A stretch of DNA of 64,000 nt from Eledone cirrhosa (taxonomy: Eukaryota). The stretch lies in the NCBI GenBank assembly GCA_964016885.1, contig OZ024751.1:5828001-5892000 (forward strand), read 5' to 3'. Under the pieces are notes generated by a model. That model was given only the letters and a program-made list of their open reading frames with translations, ran no database searches and was not told the origin of the DNA. Position 1 is the first letter of the stretch; every line of letters begins with the position of its first letter. A program made the translations under genes and the position numbers. Of the stretch, positions 1 through 11,295 are shown piece after piece.

Positions 1-884
1 TTAAATCAACGGAGACAACCTAGAATAATTACCGGTTTTCCAAGCTCCTGTTTATTACAACACGCCACCTATCCCCCTCCTTATTTCAACTGCCCGCGCT
101 TATCCCAACATTCCAGCTTATTACAACATCCTGCTTGCTGTAACCACCCGCTTATTCCAATAGCCCCGCATTTTTCATCCCCTGCTTCCCCCCCCCCCCC
201 AGCTTATAAACCCCCCCTCCCCCGAGTCTTTGGGACCTGAGAATGATTGAAAATACAAACGTTAGACGTATATAATTCTTCTCAGGCAAGTTAGCCCCCC
301 AAAACCTTCATGTTTACCAGGGAACGTTTATCTTTAATACATTGATTTATATATAGACACAACAAACCTCTGACATCAGACCTAGTACGATATATTTCCT
401 TCCCCATTCCTTCACAATCCCATATTCATCAACAAACCTCCCAATAAAAATAGAATGAACATAATAAAATTGTGGTTAAAGCATCACAGCTTTCTTCCAT
501 ATAAATTACTTTTTTCTAACCAATTCTTTAAAATATGATTTCACCAATTTTTTTTTCACAATTATAATTGAAAAAAATAGCTCATTTGTTATTTAATGTG
601 CTTCGTTTCTAGAACAAAAAAGTAAAGTAATTTAAATTTAAATTTAACATTTTTTTTTTATGTGGCAAAGGGGAATATGAGACACGCACATATTTTAAGT
701 AGTGTAAATAGTATAACGCTATGAAAAATACTTTTATAATGAAAGCTCAACCATAGACAGATAACAAATTCATGTGAAAATCGATGTTTATTCTTTAGAG
801 CCATACGATAAATAGTCCAACATGTTTTAAGGTACTACACATTAGAAAGTGTTTACGTATAAGGACTTTGTAATTACAATAAAG

Positions 885-920
<36 letters not shown>

Positions 921-924
<4 letters not shown>

Positions 925-1520
925 CAATACGGACTAGAAGCAATAGGATTCTGGCTAGAGAAATATCCCAACGAGATACCTGGCAGAATAGAAAAAATCT
1001 TCATCACCGCGGGATTAAAATTTATCTTACAGAACAACTTTTTTGATTTCGATGGCAGTACTTACTAAGCAAATATCGGGGACTGCGATGGGTACAAAAG
1101 CCGCTCCAACTTATGCCAACTTAGTCATGGCATACTTAGAAGTCCAGATATATGAACAGTCCAAATCAAAATACGGATTGAACTTCCAGAAATATTTATC
1201 AGAGAATTGGAAACGCTACTTGGATGATTGTCTCATTCTTTGGTCCCACACACTCGACCAACTGAATGATTTCAAAAACTTAATAAACGGCATCAATAAC
1301 CACATCCAATTCACAATGGAATACAACCAAGATCAACTCCCATTTCTGGACATCTTAATCTTAAAAAAAGACACAAATATTGAAATTGACATACACTACA
1401 AACCAACAATTTCCAAACAATACCTGTTATTCACCTCCAACCATCCAAAGCACACGAATACGAACATTCCTTTTAACCTAGCAAAAAGAATTTGCACAAA
1501 TGTCTCCAATTATGAAACGC
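921..1520 (+). pseudogene. Penelope-like element reverse transcriptase fragment, flanked by (TA)n
   Basis: ORF 1043-1654 has PLE RT motifs GTAMGTKAAPTYANLVM, WKRYLDD, LPFLDILI, YKPT, SNHP..IPFNLAKRI. An upstream frameshifted segment reads ...FILQNNFFDFDG. Confidence 0.85.
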
Positions 1521-1584
1521 CTATATCAGTAAAATGGAGAGATGCCTATATCAGTAAAAATGATACACATACATATATATCATT

Positions 1585-1652
<68 letters not shown>

Positions 1653-1654
<2 letters not shown>

Positions 1655-1848
1655 CAAAGGAATTGTGGTAAGGAACCAGATGGACCATAACGCACCAGAG
1701 TACTCAATACTTAGGGTAGTAGAGTGGGAAATAGGAAAAAGTATGACCCCGATGGCTAATTCTGGACAGAAATAGCCGTCCAGAAATAGCCGTCCAGAAA
1801 TAGCCGTCGAAACGGCTTGAGCTCTGCCATCGGGTTCATACTTTTTCC
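1653..1848 (-). mobile_element. Non-autonomous fold-back element, family A (copy 1)
   Basis: Inverted arms 1734-1756/1826-1848 plus an ~80-nt tail, between (TA)n tracts. Same sequence at 7213-7410 and 47280-47480. Confidence 0.75.
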
Positions 1849-2387
1849 TATATATATATATATACGGACACACATAGAGGCGTATAAATACGGTTCATAC
1901 TGAAGGGTACACTTAATACGTAGTAAATGCACAGAAACTATTTAAAGACATTTAAAAACACTTTTAAAAAACCCTTAAAAAACCCTTTAAAAAACCCTTA
2001 GAAAAACCCTAAACAAAACCCCTAGGAAAATCATTTTAAAAACATAAAAAAAAAACCACCTTAGAAAAATACCTTAAAGAAATACACATTTTAAAAAACA
2101 TTTTAAATAACGCTTAAAAGAACCTCTCAAAAAATTATTTCAAAAGTATTTCTAACAAATATATATACACACGCAGTACTCAAGAAAGCATATATACTTA
2201 AAAGACACATATACATGAAACAATATATATGTGTGCACATATATACACATGAAAAAACGGAAAATATACATACAAAAACGGAAAAATACATATACATACA
2301 CCTACACAGCTATACATATACAAACACCTACACGCTTTAAGCATCCCACACTATATTTATCTATCTATCTATCTATATATCTATCTA

Positions 2388-2434
2388 TCTTTGTATTTGT
2401 CCCCTTCTTTTGTGCCCCTGTGGCTAATAAAGAA

Positions 2435-2436
<2 letters not shown>
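2388..2436 (+). mobile_element. Very short 3' end of a second Tx1-like LINE copy in (TCTA)n
   Basis: ttgtatttgtccccttcttttgtgcccctgtggctaataaag resembles 6301-6345 ttgtacttgtcccacttcttgatgccctggtggcaaataaaa; both are followed by (TCTA)n. Confidence 0.7.
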
Positions 2437-2480
<44 letters not shown>

Positions 2481-2482
<2 letters not shown>

Positions 2483-5400
2483 GTGGGCCCCCCTGCGTCG
2501 GGCCCATTAACCGCGTCCTCCTAAAAAACTACCCCACCCCTCCCCAAACACCCACACAACTCCAAACACCCCAACCACACAACACACTGATGCCCCTACA
2601 CTTCCACAAACCACCACCCCACCCAACAACCCACCACCCCACCCTCATGGAAATTGTGCAGCCCGATACCCGGGACGCAGAGAGGTAAGTGCCTTTTCTC
2701 TTCACCACCAACATGGCTATGCTAAGAGTAGGCTGTTTAAATGCGCGTGGCCTGGGCTCAACTTGGAAGCATGCAATGCTTCTAAATAACCTCAGGTCAC
2801 AACGTATAGATGTGATGGTTATTTGCGAGGCCCGGATCAGCAACGTGCGACATCTGGCCCCCACCTTTGATGACTTTGAGATGCACGCATCTCTCTGTCA
2901 GCCCGGAGGTGGGGGTGGGGTTGTCGTTCTGCTGCAAAAACATCTGTGTCTCGCAACACAGACGGTACATTTGGACCCGGAGGGTCCTTGGCAGTGGTGA
3001 AGGCGGAGCGTTTAGGTTGGTAGCCGCCTACGGCCCTTTCGGGTCAATGCGGCCGGACTTCTTCCATCGTCTGGAGATTTCTAGAGACGTCCCGCCCCTT
3101 GCTATTAGTGGGGGACTGGAATGGTATCCTAGATGCACGCTGGGACTACGTAGGGGCCTGTCCCGATAGAGAGGGGTGTAATAGCCTCATAGGGTTAATC
3201 GGTCGATTTGACCTGGCCGATAGATATCGACTAGATTTTCCGACTGCGCCAACCCGGACTTGGGCAAATCGCAGCGGATCATGTAGGTCGTACCTAGATA
3301 GGTTCTTAGTTAGAAACAAGGATAAGGACTTTTTAAGTTGTCCAAAATTGAGCATGGTTGGCTATTCAGACCACAAGTTAGTGAGCTGCATGGTCAACCT
3401 TGACAGAACGCATAGACAGGGACCCGGTTACTGGCAGCTCAACTTGTCCTTACCGGCAAGTAAGGCTTACAGGAACCGGATTAGCACTTTAGTTAAGGAG
3501 CGTTTGACGGGCGCCATCGTCAACAGCAGGTGGTGGGGATCTCTCAAAAGAGAGATTAGAGTAGTCTCTATAGAATTTAGTAAGGAGTTAGCCTCAAATA
3601 GAAATAGGAAGGAAAGGGAGCTGGTAGATAGTGTAGAAGAGGCAATTAGAAGCGGCGACGTGGCCAGAGTGCTAGCGTCGAGAACGGCCCTGGGCCAGTT
3701 CTTCGACGCGAAACACGAAGGCTGCATCGTCCGAAGCAAAATACGTGCTCTGGGAAACGAGGGGACCAAAGCTGGGCCCGTGTGACAGAAGCCAAAAGAG
3801 GGAGCAGATCCACTATCAGGTCTTTGCGAGACCAGGATGGACGGGTGATCCTTGAACCTAAGCAGATGTGCGAGGCTTTTCAAAAGCACTTTGTCGGATT
3901 GTTCGGAAGGGGCGGGGGGCCGGTTGGGGATGTGGACTTCGGTCCATACCTCGACGGCCTGCCGCGTCTCTCGGACAGGGAGGCGAAGTCCTGCGAGGAG
4001 CCGATTTCGGCCGCTGAGATAGAGGACGTGCTAAGCGAATGCGGCAAACGTAAATCCCCGAGTCTCGATGGTCTTCCATACGAACTGTATCTAGCTATGC
4101 CGGACTTGTTCCCCGATCTCCTCGAGGCGGTCTACTGCAACTGGCAACATAACGGGATAATTCCCTGTGCTGTGACCAAGGGTGTAGTCACGCTAGTGAG
4201 GAAGGACGAGAACAAGGGGGACGATATAAATAATTTCAGGCCCATAACTCTGCTAAATACAGTTACAGATTTTGGCCAAGGTGCAAGCAAAGAGGTTGGC
4301 GCTTGTCGTGGGCAACCTGGTGGGAGATGCGCAGACATGTGCTATCCTGTCCAGGTCCATCCACGACAACCTCCACCTCATGCGATACATCATAGAGAGG
4401 GTTGGGAACGAACCCGGCTTTGGTGGGGCCCTGATCAACTTGGATCAATCTAAGGCGTTCGATAGGGTCGACCATGGTTACCTGGATGTGGTGCTAGCGG
4501 CGGCAGGCTTCGGAACCGTTTTCAGGGGCTGGATCAATGCAATGCACAGCAGCCGCATCTGCTCTAGGGTCAAGGTGAATGGCTACCTCTCGGAACCGTT
4601 CGAAATCGCGCGGTCCATCCGACAAGGGTGCTCTCTCTCCTCCCTTCTGTATGTAATGACTCTAGAGCCACTGCTGCGGAAGTTGGAGTTGTTGCAGGGC
4701 ATCCCGTTGGAACCGGGATTGCGGAAAGCGGTGTCGGCCTACGCCGACGACGTAACAGTGATGGTGTCGACGGCCTCGGAAATCGGGGCGATCGGCACCT
4801 TACTGGAAGAGTACGAAAGGTTTACAGGGGCTAAGCTGAACCGGGACAAGTCGATCGGTCTGCAACTCGGCACGTGGAGGGGCAAATCGATGCGTCGGAG
4901 GGCCCGGTGAAATTGCTCGGGGTCTGGTTCGGACCAGACCTCCAGGTGGAGAAGAACTGGGGTGAGGTAACGAACAGGGTGTTTGCACTGACCCAGAAGT
5001 GGGCCGAGTCACAAACTGTCCCTGAAATGTCGGGCGGAGGTGGCGAACACTTATATAGCGTCCGTCATCTACTACCGCCCGACCGTTGTGCCTTGCCCAA
5101 GGGAAACGCTCGCCAAAATGGAGCGCGCACTCTTCCAATTCCTTTGGAAGAAGCGGGTTCCTATGGTGAGGAGATCCATCTGCTGTCAACACCCTTCGAA
5201 AGGAGGGCTGGGATGCCGTGGCTAATGATACGTAAACACGCATTAAGACTACGGCACCTCCAGGTATTCCTCACCGGTCAACCGGTGTGGGCCCCGTTTT
5301 TGAGGCGAGCCTTTCCCAGACTCGTCTCATTCACCGAGCTGCAATTCTGGGTCAAGCAAAGACCGAGAAAACTGGGCGCCTGGCACACTGAGTGTGCCCA

Positions 5401-6350
5401 GGCGCTCACGGCTCTCTGGCAGGCGGACACGGCTGTCAGTGGAGAATCCACCTCGTCATTCTATAGAGGCCTGGTGATTAGCAGGTGCGACGACGCCCTC
5501 GGAGAAGCCCTAGGCATGGAGGAAGACGAACTGGCCAACCTGTTCGGTAGGACATTCAGCCCGGGACCCATGGATAACTTCCAGAGGTCCCTAGCCTGGC
5601 AGTGGTTACAGAAGGGCTCTGCCCGTTCGAGTAAAGGCTCTACAGACACGGGCGCCCTCGAAAAAGATCTGTCCCAGATGCGTGTGCGACGAGGAAACCG
5701 TTGCACACGCATTGGTACACTGCTCGGGCATTGCCGATCTGTGGGGCTATGTCGAACAACTGCTGTCAAGGGTGGGACCGATCCGGTTGACCACCGAGTC
5801 TATTGTAACGATCAAGCCGCCTCCCCTCTTCAAAAACGAAGGAGAGGCGGTGTTTCTGTGCGTAATAGTCATGGCGAAAGAGTTTGTATGATGGACGCGT
5901 CTGAAAGGACTGAGGTCAGACACCTTTCTCTCTGGCCAACAACTGGTCCGTTTCTTCCGATATCATTTCGGAAGAAGGATCAGGATGGAGAGAGAGGTGC
6001 TGCACCCCAGCCGTTTTTATCAAAGATGGGTGAAAGTGGCGAGAATGGCCCGTGTAAATGGGCCTTCACTCTACATCAGACTATAGGTGAGGAAGATGAA
6101 AGACCAAGGGAGCACCTCTCTCTGTGCTCCTGGGGAGAAGGGTTGCACACTTTTTTTCGGAGGTGTGTGCGATCCCCAAGGCGCCTCCTCTCTATTGAGG
6201 ATTTTGTTATAAATTTTATTTTGTTATATTTTATTTTATTTTTATATTTTGTTATTGCCTCCTCCTTATTGAGGACGCCTTGTTATGTAAACTCCCCCCA
6301 TTGTACTTGTCCCACTTCTTGATGCCCTGGTGGCAAATAAAAATAGAATT
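2481..6350 (+). mobile_element. 5'-truncated Tx1/L1-clade non-LTR retrotransposon inserted in (TCTA)n
   Basis: GC-rich block bounded on both sides by (TCTA)n, containing ORF2 motifs, a 3' UTR and an AATAAA near 6336. Confidence 0.9.
2713..6086 (+). pseudogene. LINE ORF2 (APE endonuclease, RT, C-terminal CCHC), multiply frameshifted
   Basis: APE: LRVGCLNARGL, LLVGDWN, SYLDRFLV, YSDHKLV. RT: KSPSLDGLPYELY, FRPITLLN, DQSKAFDRVDH, RQGCSLSSLLY, AYADD. C-terminus: C..EETVAHALVHC. Split over at least 7 ORFs. Confidence 0.92.
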
Positions 6351-6365
6351 ATCTATCTATATCTA

Positions 6366-6445
<80 letters not shown>

Positions 6446-6729
6446 AAGTTTTGTAAAAATCGGTTTCGAACTCCAGAAGTTATGAAGTTTATTTGCATTG
6501 CACTGCAGTGCTTCAGTCGACTCTAAGGAAGTGGTACAGGGGGGTTATCTGCCGGGAGGCCCTATAATCAATATCTGGGAAAAATGAAAGTGCCCATCAG
6601 GATGACATAAGTAACATATGTCTTAATTACATTTAAGTAACTGCCGTACTAAGAGTGAGAAATGAAATTTCGTTTCATTCTATTCCATTTATCGTTTTCG
6701 GTGGGCCTGGCCGGCTAAATTCACGCGAT

Positions 6730-6737
6730 ATGCAAAT
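6730..6737 (+). promoter_or_regulatory. Octamer motif ATGCAAAT conserved in family R monomers
   Basis: Exact ATGCAAAT ~80 nt upstream of the HHR core; seen as ATTTGCAT in the minus-strand copies. Function is inferred only. Confidence 0.45.
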
Positions 6738-6811
6738 TAGGCTGCTCAGCCGTTAATATTTATAAGGAAAGTATATACTTTCAGACGTTCAACCATCTGG
6801 CAGGAAGGTAT

Positions 6812-6854
6812 ACGATGCTGACGATAGCTAATAAGCTTGAAACTAGTACATCGT
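6812..6854 (+). ncRNA. Minimal type I hammerhead ribozyme (family R)
   Basis: acgatg-CTGACGA-t agct aata agct t-GAAA-ctag-TA-catcgt. Stem I extends outward to gttcaac(6787)/gttgaac(6874). Predicted cleavage after GUA at 6848. Confidence 0.85.
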
Positions 6855-7132
6855 TCCTGTGTGAGTTGTTGAACAAACAGGTGACGTGGTTGCCTAAACA
6901 CTGTACGGCGTAATTCGGCCTGTTTGTTTGTTTACAAACAAACCAAGCATTATAATAAATGTTCGATAAACCGATACGTGCATATATATAGGTGTGATAG
7001 TATGTAAATATATACATCCTACTGTATGTCTGTATACATATATGTATGTACTTATACATACATACATACTTACATTTAAGTAAGTGCCGTACTAAGAGTG
7101 AGAAATGAAATTTCGTTTCATTCTATTCCATT

Positions 7133-7212
<80 letters not shown>

Positions 7213-7409
7213 GGAACAAGTAAGACCCCGACGGCTGAGCTCAAGCCGTTTCGACGGCTAATTCTGGACTGAATCCAGAATTAGCCGTCGAAACGGCTTG
7301 AGCTCAGCCGTCGGGGTCTTACTTGTTCCTATTACCCACTCTACTACCCTAAGTATTGAGTACTTTGGTGCGTTATGGTCCACCTGGTTCCTTACCACAT
7401 TTCCTTCGT

Positions 7410-7410
<1 letters not shown>
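7213..7410 (+). mobile_element. Fold-back element family A (copy 2)
   Basis: Perfect ~55-bp inverted arms 7213-7267/7275-7329 plus tail, in (TA)n. Confidence 0.8.
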
Positions 7411-7712
<302 letters not shown>

Positions 7713-7716
<4 letters not shown>

Positions 7717-7856
7717 AAAGTTTGTCCTTCATCAGTGATCTTCCAACTATCATAGGTATTTCATCCCTTTAAATACCTATGATAGTTGGAAGATCACTGA
7801 TGAAGGACAAACTTTTTTTATATGTAACCCATTTGCAACTCCGCAGCGCCCTTATT

Positions 7857-7860
<4 letters not shown>
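7713..7860 (+). mobile_element. Short fold-back insertion with a half-hammerhead motif (CTGATGA)
   Basis: Arms 7714-7761/7770-7818 plus ~40-nt tail, between (TA)n tracts. Confidence 0.6.
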
Positions 7861-7901
<41 letters not shown>

Positions 7902-8238
7902 ATTAATATGTATGTGATGAAACACAGATACCAACACATCTGTATATATACATATATACATATATACATTTATTATACTATTCTCTTGTCATATCTGTCG
8001 TTTGTATTCCACTCCGTGTTTTTTAATTTTTAATTTCAATTATTGTACAATTCTCTTGTAATCTCTGTCGTATCCATTCCACTCTGTAAATACGAAACTG
8101 TTGTTGACAGCATTAATATCCATGTATCTAGATGATTGTTCAGTTGAATAGGAGGTTAATTATATGTACAAACATTGCTAGTTCTTCGATGACTCCAAAC
8201 GAATAATAAATGAAAAATATTCTCATAACCAAAATATA

Positions 8239-8292
8239 TATCTTATTATACATATTTCAAAGGTACAAAGTACGTTTTCATCAGATAAAATA
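8239..8292 (-). ncRNA. Minimal type I hammerhead ribozyme
   Basis: Minus strand: tattttat-CTGATGA-aaacgtac ttt gtaccttt-GAAA-tatgta-TA-ataagata. Confidence 0.7.
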
Positions 8293-8599
8293 TATGAGAG
8301 ATTGGATATGCGCATTACAGCTAAGGCTTTGCTTATTAAATTCCAATAGTGGCATATATACATACATACATACATACATACATACATACATACATACATA
8401 CATACATACATACATGATTGCTGACCCCTCGTTATCGAGTATGGCCATTGTACGATATACCATTATTAATAATTATTAATTAATTCTATCGTGCAATGCC
8501 TGTGCGTGAAGATATTTTTTAATGAGGAAAGTGAGGAAAGACTGTGCACTGAGCCAATCCCACTCTCTGAGCGACAGTAGCTATAACCCGAAAAGAAGA

Positions 8600-9010
8600 A
8601 AAGATCAATATCATCGGTAACTCCTGCGCCGCATGTTTTATATCGGAGTTATCCCAGTTTCCTGAGTTGCCTTCTCCTAGAAGAATGCTCCGAGAAAGGC
8701 TAGGGGTCCTTCACTCCCAGTGGTTTAACCGCGCAATCGGGTGTCCAGCCCGACTATTTCTACGTCCCCGCGCCTATGCATACACATGCACCTACGGATA
8801 TACCTATATACATACATTATGTCGGGAGACTGTTGAGTGCTACTGGTAACATGTAACCCAGTACAACCTGTCGCATGGTCGGCTCGTCGGCGACTAAACC
8901 GGCAACCCCACGAAGTGATTGGGGTGATGGTGATTTGGGACACGCTGCAGAACAATAACAAAAGCTAACAAAGGGCGGAAGAACTCATAAGACTCAACGG
9001 CCATCTGAAA
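8600..9010. mobile_element. Fragments of a GC-richer retroelement 5'-UTR-like repeat
   Basis: Two segments (ccttctcctagaa... and gctactggtaacatgt...ggcgactaaac.ggcaacccc) recur in the 53743-54355 insertion. Confidence 0.5.
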
Positions 9011-9105
9011 GTGTGTAAATATGTATATAAACATACACACATACATACATAAATATATATATATATATATATATAACATAAAACATGTGACCCGTTGCAA
9101 AACAC

Positions 9106-9202
<97 letters not shown>

Positions 9203-9290
9203 AATACAGAAAAGTGTGTGTTTTCGATTACAAGGGGAAAAGACCACTAGTGTGAAAAGCATATAAACTGCGAAATGTTTGGGAAATACA

Positions 9291-9598
9291 TCTATATATA
9301 TATAAAACTGAGGTTGTCTCTGTATCTGTCTGTCTGTCTACTAAAAGGGTCGGCACACTTCTCCTCCTAAACGATTTTCACAAAACTTGACACATGGGCT
9401 ACGTTTGTTCTACAGATGAATGTGAACTCTCAGAATTGGCACATATTGGGTAGTGCACCCCTGGGGGCAGGAACCCCCTTTTAGAAAAAACCGATGATTT
9501 TGTAAAAGTATAGTTTTCGAAGCAGCACTGAAGTATTGACATAAATAGTATACATAACTGCTATTTAATACCCGAGCAACGTCGGGTACCTCTGCTAG
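9291..9598 (+). mobile_element. Non-autonomous Helitron
   Basis: 5' TC(TA)n...(CTGT)n; 3' hairpin acccga-gcaacg-tcgggt then CTAG; inserted between A and T. Confidence 0.85.
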
Positions 9599-10135
9599 TA
9601 TATATATAAAACTGAGGTTGTCTGTCTGTCTGTCTGTCTACTAAAACCGTCGGCACACATCTTCTCTTAAACCTTACGCTCAAATTTCGGTGAAATTGCT
9701 ATACTCATAGATGAAGGTCCGGCGGAGGCATCGGTCAAACTTATTTTCAAATCAACCCACGCCAAGTGCAAAAATCGAATTTGTAATGTATTGATTTTTC
9801 AGTTCAAATGTATAAATAGAGATGAGAGACGAGTTATTTCCCTTTTATGGCGTCATTCTGTTCACCTATTTACGACGCGTGCAAAAGTACAAAAATACAC
9901 CGAACAGTTTTCGGACCAGCAAAATTTTAATCTGCAAAGTTTATGAGTTCGAAGTTTCAACATTAAGTTTCCATTTTGCTTCATTTCCATTAAAAAAGTC
10001 TTTTAAAACAATATTTTTACTTGAAAAGAAGCCTGTTTGAATACACCGTAAAACAAGCAGATATTTTGTAAAAAAAGCATTGATCTCGAATAAAGCCTTA
10101 TGAGATTTGCATTTAGAAGCAATGATTTTAAACGA

Positions 10136-11295
10136 CAGACAGTCGTGCAGAGAGGTGATATAGGCGATAAAGTTGTGCTGGCAGACAGTCGTGCAGAGAG
10201 GTGATATAGGCGATAAAGTTGTGCTGGCAGACAGTCGTGCAGAGAGGTGATATAGGCGATAAAGTTGTGCTGGCAGACAGTCGTGCAGAGAGGTGATATA
10301 GGCGATAAAGTTGTGCAGGCAGACAGTCGTGCAGAGAGGTGATATAGGCGATAAAGTTGTGCTGGCAGACAGTCGTGCAGAGAGGTGATATAGGCGATAA
10401 AGTTGTGCTGGCAGATAGTCGTGCAGAGAGGTGATATAGGCGATAAAGTTGTGCTGGCAGACAGTCGTGCAGAGAGGTGATATAGGCGATAAAGTTGTGC
10501 TGGCAGACAGTCGTGCAGAGAGGTGATATAGGCGATAAAGTTGTGCTGGCAGACAGTCGTGCAGAGAGGTGATATAGGCGATAAAGTTGTGCAGGCAGAC
10601 AGTCGTGCAGAGAGGTGATATAGGCGATAAAGTTGTGCTGGCAGACAGTCGTGCAGAGAGGTGATATAGGCGATAAAGTTGTGCTGGCAGATAGTCGTGC
10701 AGAGAGGTGATATAGGCGATAAAGTTGTGCTGGCAGACAGTCGTGCAGAGAGGTGATATAGGCGATAAAGTTGTGCTGGCAGACAGTCGTGCAGAGAGGT
10801 GATATAGGCGATAAAGTTGTGCTGGCAGACAGTCGTGCAGAGAGGTGATATAGGCGATAAAGTTGTGCTGGCAGACAGTCGTGCAGAGAGGTGATATAGG
10901 CGATAAAGTTGTGCTGGCAGACAGTCGTGCAGAGAGGTGATATAGGCGATAAAGTTGTGCTGGCAGACAGTCGTGCAGAGAGGTGATATAGGCGATAAAG
11001 TTGTGCTGGCAGACAGTCGTGCAGAGAGGTGATATAGGCGATAAAGTTGTGCTGGCAGATAGTCGTGCAGAGAGGTGATATAGGCGATAAAGTTGTGCTG
11101 GCAGACAGTCGTGCAGAGAGGTGATATAGGCGATGAATTTGTGCAGACAGACAGTCGTGCAGAGAGGTGGTATAGGCGATAAAGTTGTGCAGACAGACAG
11201 TCGTGCAGAGAGGTGATATAGCCGATAAAGTTGTGCTGGCAGACAGTCGTGCAGAGTGTTGATATAGGCGATGATTGTGTGCAGACAGACAGTCA
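10136..11295. repeat. 46-bp minisatellite, ~25 copies, inside the Helitron
   Basis: Unit cagacagtcgtgcagagaggtgatataggcgataaagttgtgctgg; period measured 10141 to 10187. Confidence 0.97.

Larger units (their letters stand above)
6629..7134 (+). mobile_element. Hammerhead-containing repeat family R (retrozyme-like), locus 1: one 443-bp monomer plus ~60-bp terminal direct repeat
   Basis: gccgtactaagag recurs at 6643 and 7086. Homologous to the arrays at 40.2-41.7 and 54.4-56.0 kb. Ends at ...ccatttat|(TA)n. Confidence 0.85.

Noticed and set aside
4874-6322. 482-aa ORF as an intact gene
   Set aside because: Mosaic of in-frame and out-of-frame segments of the frameshifted LINE ORF2 and its 3' UTR.
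10136-11295. CRISPR-like regular array
   Set aside because: Contiguous near-identical units with no unique spacers and no cas genes; eukaryotic context. The same applies to 20036-20385 and 26360-26956.
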